A stretch of 42,066 bases of DNA from Acidimicrobiales bacterium (GTDB lineage Bacteria; Actinomycetota; Acidimicrobiia; Acidimicrobiales; Salinilacustritrichaceae). The stretch covers positions 1 to 42,066 of the forward strand of contig JAPKDO010000001.1 in NCBI GenBank assembly GCA_028822535.1, in the 5' to 3' direction. Below, piece after piece: positions 1-8,891 of the stretch; the first letter of the stretch is position 1, and each line of letters opens with the position of its first letter. Under the pieces are notes generated by a model, which worked only from the letters and a program-made list of their open reading frames with translations, did no database searches and had not been told where the DNA came from. Made by a program: the position numbers and the translations under genes.

Positions 1-433
1 ACGTCCCGCCCGGCTTCAGGATGCGTCGCACCTCGGCGACCACCGCGGCCGGATCGTCGACGCCGCAGAGCACGAGCGTGCCGACGACACCGTCGACACT
101 CGCGTCGTCGACGTCGATCCGTTCGCCCTGGACCGTTCGGATCTCGAGGTCGACCCCGTGTTCGGCAGCCGACGCCCGCAGGGGAGCGTGCATGTTGGGA
201 TTGGGCTCGACGGCGATGACCGAGGTCCCCGGCGCGTAGTAGCGCATGTTCGGCCCGGCGCCCGGACCGATCTCGACCACGGTGCCCCGCATCCCACCGA
301 TCACCTCGGTCAGTTGATCGCCGTGGCGCGCATGATTGCGGGGCGCGTCAGCGGCGAGGACCTTGGTCTCGAGCCACGTTCGGATGCGGGCCTTGCCGAG
401 TTGTTCCGGGGTGGTACGGGGCCGACGCGTCAC
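1..433 (-). CDS. Class I SAM-dependent methyltransferase, 3' end truncated by the window edge
   Basis: Not in the ORF track. Manual translation from GTG 433 gives VVEIGPGAGPN (motif I), VIAVEPNPNM, and DASVDGVVGTLVLCGVDDPAAVVAEVRRILKPGGT. Confidence 0.9.
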   Translation of the reverse strand, partial: MTRRPRTTPEQLGKARIRTWLETKVLAADAPRNHARHGDQLTEVIGGMRGTVVEIGPGAGPNMRYYAPGTSVIAVEPNPNMHAPLRASAAEHGVDLEIRTVQGERIDVDDASVDGVVGTLVLCGVDDPAAVVAEVRRILKPGGT

Positions 434-452
434 GGCACCGACCGTAGCTGGG

Positions 453-617
453 TCAGCTGGTCCAGCCCTCGTGGGGTCGTTCGCTCGCACGGACCTTCCG
501 TTCCGTTCCGGCGGCCAACCGGTCGCGCACGCGCATGAGCACCTTCGTCACGGCGCCCGGTTGCCGGGGCTGCACGCCCCGGGACGGGTCGAGGCTGCGG
601 CGTTCGATGTCGCTCAT
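453..617 (-). CDS. Small hypothetical protein (54 aa, MSDIERRSLDPS...)
   Basis: ATG-started part of ORF 453..716. Fills the gap between co-oriented genes; no recognisable domain. Confidence 0.4.
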   Translation of the reverse strand: MSDIERRSLDPSRGVQPRQPGAVTKVLMRVRDRLAAGTERKVRASERPHEGWTS

Positions 618-712
618 GGCGGCGGGGATCCTGTCTGTGCGGTGAGTGGCTTCGCCCGTTGCACACTGTTTCCCATCACGGCAGCCGTTGTCCCCAGTCC
701 ATTCGGCCCATT

Positions 713-1273
713 TCACGGCGGGCTGGAGTCGCTTCGACCTCGGTCGGGGTGGCGCTGGTCGATCATCGTCGTGAGGCTTCGATGCTCGCCGGCGGCCAAC
801 GACCCGTCGACCCTTCCGGCATCGACCGCTTCGAGCAGTTCGTCTCGTCCGAAGCGGGACACGACGAGGGAACAGCCCTCCGTGTCCGAGAGCGCGACGG
901 CCAGGAAACCGAGGCGCAGGTAAGCGGGCGGAAGTCGGCCGCCGGTGCGGAGCAGCACGCCCCGGAGGTCGTCGCCGCCGGCGCGGCGTTCGGCGTCGAG
1001 GGCTCGCCGGAACTCGTCGTGGTCGAAGAGTTCGCGGGTGATGACGTCACCGACCGGCGTCCGGACCTCGGCGACCATGGGGCAGTCGAGCAGCGACCGG
1101 TCGACGCCGGGTCGGTCGTCGTCGACCATGATCTGCACGACGGTGTGGTCCTCGCCGTCGATCACCTTCGGGTGGACCGCGACGCCGAGGATGCCCGTCT
1201 CGTAGGCCGTGTCGCCCGGCGCGGTCTGGGTCTGGTTCGGCTGGCCGTCGAGATCGATCGAGATCAGATGCAC
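713..1273 (-). CDS. Hypothetical protein (about 186 aa)
   Basis: The C-terminal part of ORF 713..2116 has globular-protein composition from GTG 1273 (VHLISIDLDG...). It lies directly downstream of the Hsp20-like gene. Confidence 0.7.
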   Translation of the reverse strand: MHLISIDLDGQPNQTQTAPGDTAYETGILGVAVHPKVIDGEDHTVVQIMVDDDRPGVDRSLLDCPMVAEVRTPVGDVITRELFDHDEFRRALDAERRAGGDDLRGVLLRTGGRLPPAYLRLGFLAVALSDTEGCSLVVSRFGRDELLEAVDAGRVDGSLAAGEHRSLTTMIDQRHPDRGRSDSSPP

Positions 1274-1299
1274 GTCGCCGAGGGTAGGGAGCCGAACCG

Positions 1300-1680
1300 T
1301 CAGAGCCCGTCGGGCCTGATGTCCAGCGCCCCGATGAACTCTCCCCGGAGCACCCGGATGACGAGTTGGCCGTTCGCGAGCGACGCCTCCACGCCTGCGC
1401 CGTAGCCGACCGGCAGATCGATCTCGCGTTCGAATCCGCCGAAGTCCCACTCGTCGATGAGGTAATCGCGCGGCGCTGCCGACCGGAGGTGTGACCAGAA
1501 GCGGAGCGTGTCCTCGCGCAGTTCGACGCGCACGTCGCCCGGCTGCACGCAGGGCATCGGGGCGATGACGACGAGCGCCTCCGGGGCCTCGTACGCCCGG
1601 ACGGGCACACGTTGTGGGCGCATGGTGTCCTCGACGGTGACCGTGGCGTCGACGACGGTGGCGTGTCCGGGACGGGTCAT
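1300..1680 (-). CDS. Hsp20/alpha-crystallin family protein (divergent)
   Basis: VPVRAYE-ALVVIAPMP-V-PGDVRVEL...GGFEREIDLP...VEASLANGQLVIRV matches the alpha-crystallin domain pattern. Confidence 0.8.
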   Translation of the reverse strand: MTRPGHATVVDATVTVEDTMRPQRVPVRAYEAPEALVVIAPMPCVQPGDVRVELREDTLRFWSHLRSAAPRDYLIDEWDFGGFEREIDLPVGYGAGVEASLANGQLVIRVLRGEFIGALDIRPDGL

Positions 1681-1707
1681 GGATCCGACCGTACCGCCGT
1701 TCCCAGC

Positions 1708-2145
1708 TCAGCGCTGGCGGACGTCCCAGAGGTGGTGGACCGGGTCGTGGATGAAGTAACGGGCGAAGGTGTCGATCGTGAACGACGCGCCGTCGGATCG
1801 GAATCCGGTGCGGCCGTACTGTCCGGGTCGGACCGCGTCGAAGCGGGCGGCGAGGTCGGCGGCGGACCGGGTCAACTCCGCCGCGACGATGGCGGGGTCG
1901 GCGATGTCGTACCGATCGTCGACCGCGGTCGTGTCCTGGTCCCAGTTCGGGTAGTGCGGTCCGTCCTCGGTGAGCATGAGGTCGAGGCGTTCGAGGTAGA
2001 TCCGCAGCACGTCGCGGACGTGGCACGCGTACTCGCGGACCATCGCTCCGATTCGCGCGACGTCGACCGTCGAGGTGTCGAACCCGCACTCCGGGCAGGC
2101 CCGCTCGAGCACCCACGTCCAGTCCTTGTCGTCCGGGGTCACCAT
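1708..2145 (-). CDS. DinB family protein with an apparent in-frame internal deletion (possible pseudogene)
   Basis: KDWTWVLERACPECGFD, EYACHVRD, NWDQD, GFRSDGA-FT, HDPVHHLWDV are typical of this actinobacterial DinB subfamily. The RP...WS segment is missing. Confidence 0.85.
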   Translation of the reverse strand: MVTPDDKDWTWVLERACPECGFDTSTVDVARIGAMVREYACHVRDVLRIYLERLDLMLTEDGPHYPNWDQDTTAVDDRYDIADPAIVAAELTRSAADLAARFDAVRPGQYGRTGFRSDGASFTIDTFARYFIHDPVHHLWDVRQR

Positions 2146-2188
2146 GTCTGCAGTCTCGCGGGCGCGAGGCCCGTCCGATGGTCCATCA

Positions 2189-2204
2189 TGTGACATCCAT
2201 CACA
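2189..2204. promoter_or_regulatory. CRP/GlxR-type operator TGTGA-N6-TCACA
   Basis: Perfect TGTGAcatccaTCACA between the divergent dinB-like and acyl-CoA ligase genes. Confidence 0.7.
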
Positions 2205-2224
2205 TCTCAAAGGGGTCACCACCG

Positions 2225-3814
<1,590 letters not shown>

Positions 3815-3876
3815 GCGGGACGTGCACTGACCGTACTTGACCCGGCCCGTGGTGGGCGGGGTCGTCCGGTTCCCGT

Positions 3877-4227
3877 CTACCCGACTTCAGGGAGCGGCGG
3901 CTCTTGCGCGGCGAGCCGGGCGCGAGCGGCGCGCAGGTTGCTCCGCCGCTTCCAGAACTTCTGCTTCCAATGGCGGTACTCGCGGCTCGCGGGGCTCTTC
4001 ACCTCGGTGCTCGCGGCGATCGTCGTCTCCTTCGGATCGACGTCGACCCGGGTGTGGTGCGGCCTGGGCGTCACCAGGTCCTCGCCGAGTTCCTCGTCGG
4101 CGTGGGCGAGCAACTCGTGGGTCCGGTGTCGGGCTCGACGGTTCTCGGCCCTGCGCTCCTCCTTGGAAGGCGCTGGGTGGGCGGCGCTCGGCGCTGCCTG
4201 CTTTGACGAACGATGGCGGTTGGACAT
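3877..4227 (-). CDS. Basic Arg/His-rich hypothetical protein (116 aa)
   Basis: GAGGAG RBS just upstream of ATG 4227. Fills the gap between the ligase and serS; contains HWKQKFWKRR. Confidence 0.65.
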   Translation of the reverse strand: MSNRHRSSKQAAPSAAHPAPSKEERRAENRRARHRTHELLAHADEELGEDLVTPRPHHTRVDVDPKETTIAASTEVKSPASREYRHWKQKFWKRRSNLRAARARLAAQEPPLPEVG

Positions 4228-4400
4228 TGCGCTCCTCGTCGTGCGGGGGCGCCGGCGCGAGCCGACGCCCGGGATGTATGACAACCGAGTGGCGGCGGAC
4301 CGCCGTCGGTCACGTGACGGCGAGTGTACGACGTGTGGATGAATCGTGCTGGCGCGATCTCGATCCGTGGAGAACAGGGACCTCCACTACCGTCGGCGCG

Positions 4401-5720
4401 GTGCTCGACCTCCGCCGCATCCGTTCCGAACCCGACGCCGTACGCGCCGGGCTCTCCCGGCGCGGCGCCGACCTCGCCCCGCTCGACCGTGTGCTCGAAC
4501 TCGACGGTTCGCTCCGGACGCTCACCACCGAACGCGACGACATCCGAGCGCGGGTCAACGCGACGTCGAAACAGATCGGCGAGTTGTTCAAGGCAGGCGA
4601 GCGCGACGAAGCAGAGATCCTCAAGGGCGAGTCCAAGGCGCTCGGCGACCGCGAGAAGGAGTTGGCAGCCGAGACCGACGCGGTCGACGCGGAGATCCGC
4701 GACGCGCTGCTACGCATCCCGAACCTGCCGTCGCCCGACGCTCCCGACGGGCTGAGCGAGGACGACAACGTCGTCTTGCGAACCCACGGGGCGGACCCGT
4801 CGTCGTTCGCCGAGCACCAGCGCGTCCCGCACTGGGACATCGGGACCGAACTGGGGATCATCGACGGCGAACGCGCGGTGAAGATCAGCGGGTCGATGTT
4901 CACGATGTACCGCGGCTGGGGAGCGCGCCTGCTGCGGGCCATGATCGGGCACAGCCTCGACTCGTCGGCCGACCCGTCGCTCGGCCCGGCCGGGGGCGGC
5001 GCCTGGGAGGAGATCCGTCCGCCGACGCTCGTGAAGACCGAGACCATGATCGGGACCGGTCACCTCCCCAAGTTCGAGGAGGAGGCGTACCACGTCGCCA
5101 AGGACGACCTCTGGACGATCCCGACGGCCGAGGTGCCGCTGACGTCGATGGCCGCCGGCGAGATCCTCGACCACGACGACCTGCCCATGCGGTTCACCGC
5201 GTACACGTCGTGCTTCCGACGCGAAGCCGGTGCGGCGGGCCGCGACACCCGTGGTCTGCTGCGGTCGCACGAGTTCGACAAGGTCGAGTTGATGGGATAC
5301 GCCGACGGCGAGGAGATGGCGATCGCCCTGCAGGAGGAGGTGCTCGCCCGCAGCGAACGGCTGCTGCAGGAGCTCGGCCTGAGCTACCGGATCCTCGACC
5401 TGTGTGCCGGCGACCTCGGCGGTTCGGCCGCCCGCACGTGGGACATCGAGGCGTATGCCCCGGGCGTCGACGACTGGCTCGAGGTCAGCTCGGTGTCGTG
5501 GTTCGCCGACTACCAGGCTCGGCGCGCCGACGTCCGCTGGAAGAAGGCCGGCGAGAAGGGCACGCAGATCTGCCACACGGTCAACGGCTCTGCGATGGGC
5601 TGGCCGCGCACCGTCGCCGCCGTGCTCGAGACCCACCGCCAGGCCGACGGTTCGATCGCCATCCCCGAGGTCCTCCAGCCACGACTCGGAGGCGCCACTC
5701 ACATCCCCGCGCCGGAATGA
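4401..5720 (+). CDS. serS: Serine--tRNA ligase
   Basis: N-terminal coiled coil (MLDLRRIR...), IPNLP, IPTAEVPL, CFRREAGAAGRDTRGLLRSHEFDKVE, EVSSVS, HTVNGS. Confidence 0.98.
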   Translation: MLDLRRIRSEPDAVRAGLSRRGADLAPLDRVLELDGSLRTLTTERDDIRARVNATSKQIGELFKAGERDEAEILKGESKALGDREKELAAETDAVDAEIRDALLRIPNLPSPDAPDGLSEDDNVVLRTHGADPSSFAEHQRVPHWDIGTELGIIDGERAVKISGSMFTMYRGWGARLLRAMIGHSLDSSADPSLGPAGGGAWEEIRPPTLVKTETMIGTGHLPKFEEEAYHVAKDDLWTIPTAEVPLTSMAAGEILDHDDLPMRFTAYTSCFRREAGAAGRDTRGLLRSHEFDKVELMGYADGEEMAIALQEEVLARSERLLQELGLSYRILDLCAGDLGGSAARTWDIEAYAPGVDDWLEVSSVSWFADYQARRADVRWKKAGEKGTQICHTVNGSAMGWPRTVAAVLETHRQADGSIAIPEVLQPRLGGATHIPAPE

Positions 5721-7633
5721 ACCCGCCGCCGTTGTGGACGCCGTCGCCGGAGCGGGTGGAGACCACGCGGATGGCGGGGCTCTTCTCACGGTTCGGGGTC
5801 GACGACTATCCGGCGCTGCACCGCGTGTCGGTCGAGGAGCCCGACCGGTTCTGGGCGGCGAGGTGGGACGAGTGCGGCATGGTGGGCGACCCCGGCGAGC
5901 GGGTGCTCCAACCGGGTTCGGACATGTTCGACGCTCGGTTCTTCCCGGACGCGCGCCTGAGCGTGGTCGAACACGTGGTGCGCCACACCGGCCCCGAACC
6001 GGCGATCGTCGCCGTCGACGAACAGGGCACGCGGACGATCTCGTGGGACGACCTGGCGGTCGAGGTCGGGGCGATGGCGGCGGCGCTCACCGCCGACGGT
6101 GTGCGGGCCGGGGATCGCGTCGTGGTGTGGCTGCCGAACGGCATCGAGGCCGTGGTCGCCATGCTCGGGGCGGCGGCGATCGGTGCCGTCTTCTCGTCGA
6201 CCAGCCCCGACTTCGGATCGGCCGGGGTGCTCGACCGGTTCGGTCAGATCGAACCGAAGGTCCTCTTCGCCGTCGACGGCTACGACTACGGCGGCAAGAG
6301 GTTCGACCGGCGCGACGTGAAGGCCGAGATCGTCGCCGGCCTCCCCACGCTGGCGAGAACCGTGACCGTCGGCGGCGCGGCCGACGACCCAGAAGATGAG
6401 TACGACGCCTACCTGGCGCCCCACCGCGGATCGCCGGTGCCGGTCGAGCGCCGTCCCTTCGACCACCCCTGGTACGTGCTGTTCTCGAGTGGCACGACCG
6501 GGAAGCCGAAGTGCATCGTCCACGCGACCGGGCGCGTCCTGCTCCAGCACATGAAGGAGCACCGGTTCCACAGCGACCTGTCGGCCGGCGACCGTCTGCT
6601 CTACGTCACGACCTGTGGGTGGATGATGTGGAACTGGCTGGTGTCGGGGCTGACCTCCGGCGTCACCATCGTCTGCGTCGACGGCAACGTCGTGCACCCG
6701 AGCCCGTCACGACTGTGGGACCTGGTCGACGAGCACGGGGTCGACTTCCTCGGCGTCGGCGCCAAGTACCTCGACGCCTTGGCCAACGCGGACTACTCCC
6801 CACGCGAACACCACGACCTGACGTCGCTGCGGACGATCGCCTCGACCGGATCGCCGCTGAGTCCCGAGCGGTTCGCCTGGGTGTACGACGAGGTGAAGCC
6901 CGACGTGCACCTCGCATCGATCAGCGGTGGCACCGACCTGTGCGGTTGCTTCGTGCTCGGCGACCCGACGTCGCCCGTGCACGCGGGCGAGATCCAACGT
7001 CCGGCGTTGGGGATGGCGGTCGACGTGTGGTCGGACGACGGCGCGCCACAGCCGGTCGGCGTCCGTGGCGAGTTGGTGTGCACCCGCCCCTTCCCGAGCC
7101 AGCCGCTCGAGTTCTGGGACGATCCCGACGACCGCCGCTACCGCGCCGCCTACTTCGAGCGCTTCCCTGGCGTGTGGCACCACGGCGACTTCGCGTCGTG
7201 GACGGACCATGAAGGCGTCGTGATCCACGGGCGGAGCGACACGACCCTGAACCCCGGCGGCATCCGCATCGGGACGGCCGAGATCTACCGGGTCGTCGAA
7301 GGACTGGACGGCATCGCCGAGGCGCTGGTGTTCGCACAGGAGACCCAGGACGACGACGTGCGCATCGTCCTGCTCGTGGTACTCGACGCGGGGGTGATGC
7401 TCGACGACGGTCTCCGCAGTCAGATCGCGAGCGCGGTCCGGTCGGGTTGTTCGCCGCGCCACGTGCCACGCCTGATCGTGGCGGTCGACGAGTTGCCGCG
7501 CACCCGGTCGGGAAAGCTGGTCGAGCTCGCGGTGGGCGACGTGGTCAACGGACGCGAGGTCCGGAACACCGAAGCACTATCCAACCCGGACGCGTTGTGG
7601 GCGATCCGGGATCATCCGGAACTGGCCCCGTAG
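5717..7633 (+). CDS. Acetoacetate--CoA ligase
   Basis: PLWTPSPER, FSSTSPDFG, DRFGQIEPKVLF, SSGTTGKPKCIVH, TTCGWMMWNWL, SISGGTD, WHHGD, PRTRSGK. ATGA overlap with serS. Confidence 0.95.
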   Translation: MNPPPLWTPSPERVETTRMAGLFSRFGVDDYPALHRVSVEEPDRFWAARWDECGMVGDPGERVLQPGSDMFDARFFPDARLSVVEHVVRHTGPEPAIVAVDEQGTRTISWDDLAVEVGAMAAALTADGVRAGDRVVVWLPNGIEAVVAMLGAAAIGAVFSSTSPDFGSAGVLDRFGQIEPKVLFAVDGYDYGGKRFDRRDVKAEIVAGLPTLARTVTVGGAADDPEDEYDAYLAPHRGSPVPVERRPFDHPWYVLFSSGTTGKPKCIVHATGRVLLQHMKEHRFHSDLSAGDRLLYVTTCGWMMWNWLVSGLTSGVTIVCVDGNVVHPSPSRLWDLVDEHGVDFLGVGAKYLDALANADYSPREHHDLTSLRTIASTGSPLSPERFAWVYDEVKPDVHLASISGGTDLCGCFVLGDPTSPVHAGEIQRPALGMAVDVWSDDGAPQPVGVRGELVCTRPFPSQPLEFWDDPDDRRYRAAYFERFPGVWHHGDFASWTDHEGVVIHGRSDTTLNPGGIRIGTAEIYRVVEGLDGIAEALVFAQETQDDDVRIVLLVVLDAGVMLDDGLRSQIASAVRSGCSPRHVPRLIVAVDELPRTRSGKLVELAVGDVVNGREVRNTEALSNPDALWAIRDHPELAP

Positions 7634-7643
7634 ACGCGAAAGT

Positions 7644-7671
7644 GCCCCCCACCGCCCAGGCGGTGGGGGGC
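7644..7671. terminator. GC-rich hairpin between convergent genes
   Basis: Perfect 12-bp stem GCCCCCCACCGC-ccag-GCGGTGGGGGGC. No U-tract. Confidence 0.7.
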
Positions 7672-7694
7672 GAGGATCCGTAGGTACGGGCCGC

Positions 7695-8114
7695 CTACGA
7701 ATCCAACGTGGCCGAGGCGACGGCCGCCTGGAGGGCGGCCAGTGCCTGTGCGGCGCGAGCGGTGACGTCCGAACTCACCCGGGCGTGCTTGTGGTCGTCG
7801 CCGTGTTCGGCGCAGACCGCAGACGTCTCGGAGAGGAGCTTGGCCGTCGCGTCGACGAGGGCGCGGGTGCCCTCGACGGTCGGTCCCGTGCGCGAGAGCA
7901 CTCGGGACGTGGTGCCCGCCACATCAGCGGCGTCGTTGCAGACCCGGATGCAGTCGACTCGGTCGTCGCTGCCGGGGGCCTCGAGGCAGGCGTCGGCACA
8001 GGTGGTGGTGACGACGACCACGTCCTGCAGTGCGTCGATCGCCATCGAGAGGACGGCGTGGTCGACGCCCCGCTGGTCGGGGCGTGCTTCGAGGATCTGG
8101 GTCGCTGCGTTCAC
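7695..8114 (-). CDS. Four-helix bundle copper-binding (Csp3/YhjQ/DUF326-like) protein, cysteine-depleted
   Basis: CADACL, CIR, ADV--T-RVLSR, C-EH--D-HKH-RV align with actinobacterial Csp3-like proteins, but only 5 Cys remain. Confidence 0.75.
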   Translation of the reverse strand: MNAATQILEARPDQRGVDHAVLSMAIDALQDVVVVTTTCADACLEAPGSDDRVDCIRVCNDAADVAGTTSRVLSRTGPTVEGTRALVDATAKLLSETSAVCAEHGDDHKHARVSSDVTARAAQALAALQAAVASATLDS

Positions 8115-8125
8115 GACAACGGTCC

Positions 8126-8152
8126 GTACCCGGACGAATGGGATCTAGAACC
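8126..8152 (-). promoter_or_regulatory. Putative SigF/SigB-type stress promoter (GGTTC-N16-GGGTAC)
   Basis: Minus strand GGTTC tagatcccattcgtcc GGGTAC ends 11 nt upstream of GTG 8114. Resembles mycobacterial SigF consensus GGWWT-N16/17-GGGTAY. Confidence 0.5.
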
Positions 8153-8193
8153 CACGGAACGAACGACACCCGACGGTCGGGTAGACCGGACCC

Positions 8194-8835
8194 ATGGACG
8201 ACGAGGCGCTGGCGCAACGGCGCATCCAGTACGAGACGGAGGGGTTCTCGGTCGCGCAGGCGGCGGACGACCCCATCGACCAGTTCGGCCGGTGGTACGA
8301 CGCCGTGGCCGACCACCTCGACCAACCGAACGCCATGGTCGTGGCGACGGCGGACGCCGACGGTCGTCCGTCGGCCAGGAGCGTGTTGCTCAAGGGCGCA
8401 GGCCCACGCGGCCTGGTCTTCTACACGAACGCGGACTCGGCCAAGGGCCGGGCGCTCGCCGGCAACCCTCGGGCCGAGTTGTTGTTCGTGTGGATTCCCG
8501 TGCACCGCCAGGTGCGGGTCAACGGCACCGTCGAGGTCGTGAGCGACGCCGAAGCCGACGCCTATTTCGCCTCCCGGCCGCGTCGTGCACAGCTCGGGGC
8601 GTGGGCGTCGGACCAGTCGTCACCGGTCGAGAACCGGGCGACCCTCGAAGCGGCGGTCGGGGCGATGGAGGAGCGGTTCGGCGACGGCGACATCCCGAGG
8701 CCGTCGAACTGGGTCGGCTACCGCGTGGTCCCCGACGAATGGGAGTTCTGGCAGGGCCGCCCCGACCGCCTCCACGACCGGGTGCGGTATCGACGAGTCG
8801 ACGAGGGGTGGCGGCGCGAGCGCCTCGCCCCGTAG
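8194..8835 (+). CDS. pdxH: Pyridoxamine 5'-phosphate oxidase
   Basis: PNAMVVAT, PSARSVLLKG, FYTN-SAKG, RQVRV, YFASRPR, ASDQS, EFWQGRPDRLHDR. Confidence 0.96.
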   Translation: MDDEALAQRRIQYETEGFSVAQAADDPIDQFGRWYDAVADHLDQPNAMVVATADADGRPSARSVLLKGAGPRGLVFYTNADSAKGRALAGNPRAELLFVWIPVHRQVRVNGTVEVVSDAEADAYFASRPRRAQLGAWASDQSSPVENRATLEAAVGAMEERFGDGDIPRPSNWVGYRVVPDEWEFWQGRPDRLHDRVRYRRVDEGWRRERLAP

Positions 8836-8891
8836 ACCCGGAGCCTCCTGACCGCCGGCAGCATCCGGCGAAGCTGACTACCGTCTGTGGC

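Noticed and set aside
430-666. 78-aa minus-strand ORF whose stop overlaps the methyltransferase start
   Set aside because: It has Arg/Pro-rich off-frame composition. The ATG-started 453..617 frame looks more protein-like, though both are uncertain.
3839-3863. Imperfect hairpin GACCCGGCCC/GGGCGGGGTC between convergent genes
   Set aside because: Probably an ordinary terminator. It is mismatched, GC-only and lacks a U-tract, so it was too weak to list.
4346-5716. The 1095-aa ORF 4346..7633 read as a giant fusion protein
   Set aside because: The N-terminal part is an Arg-rich off-frame read of serS. The real ligase starts at ATG 5717.
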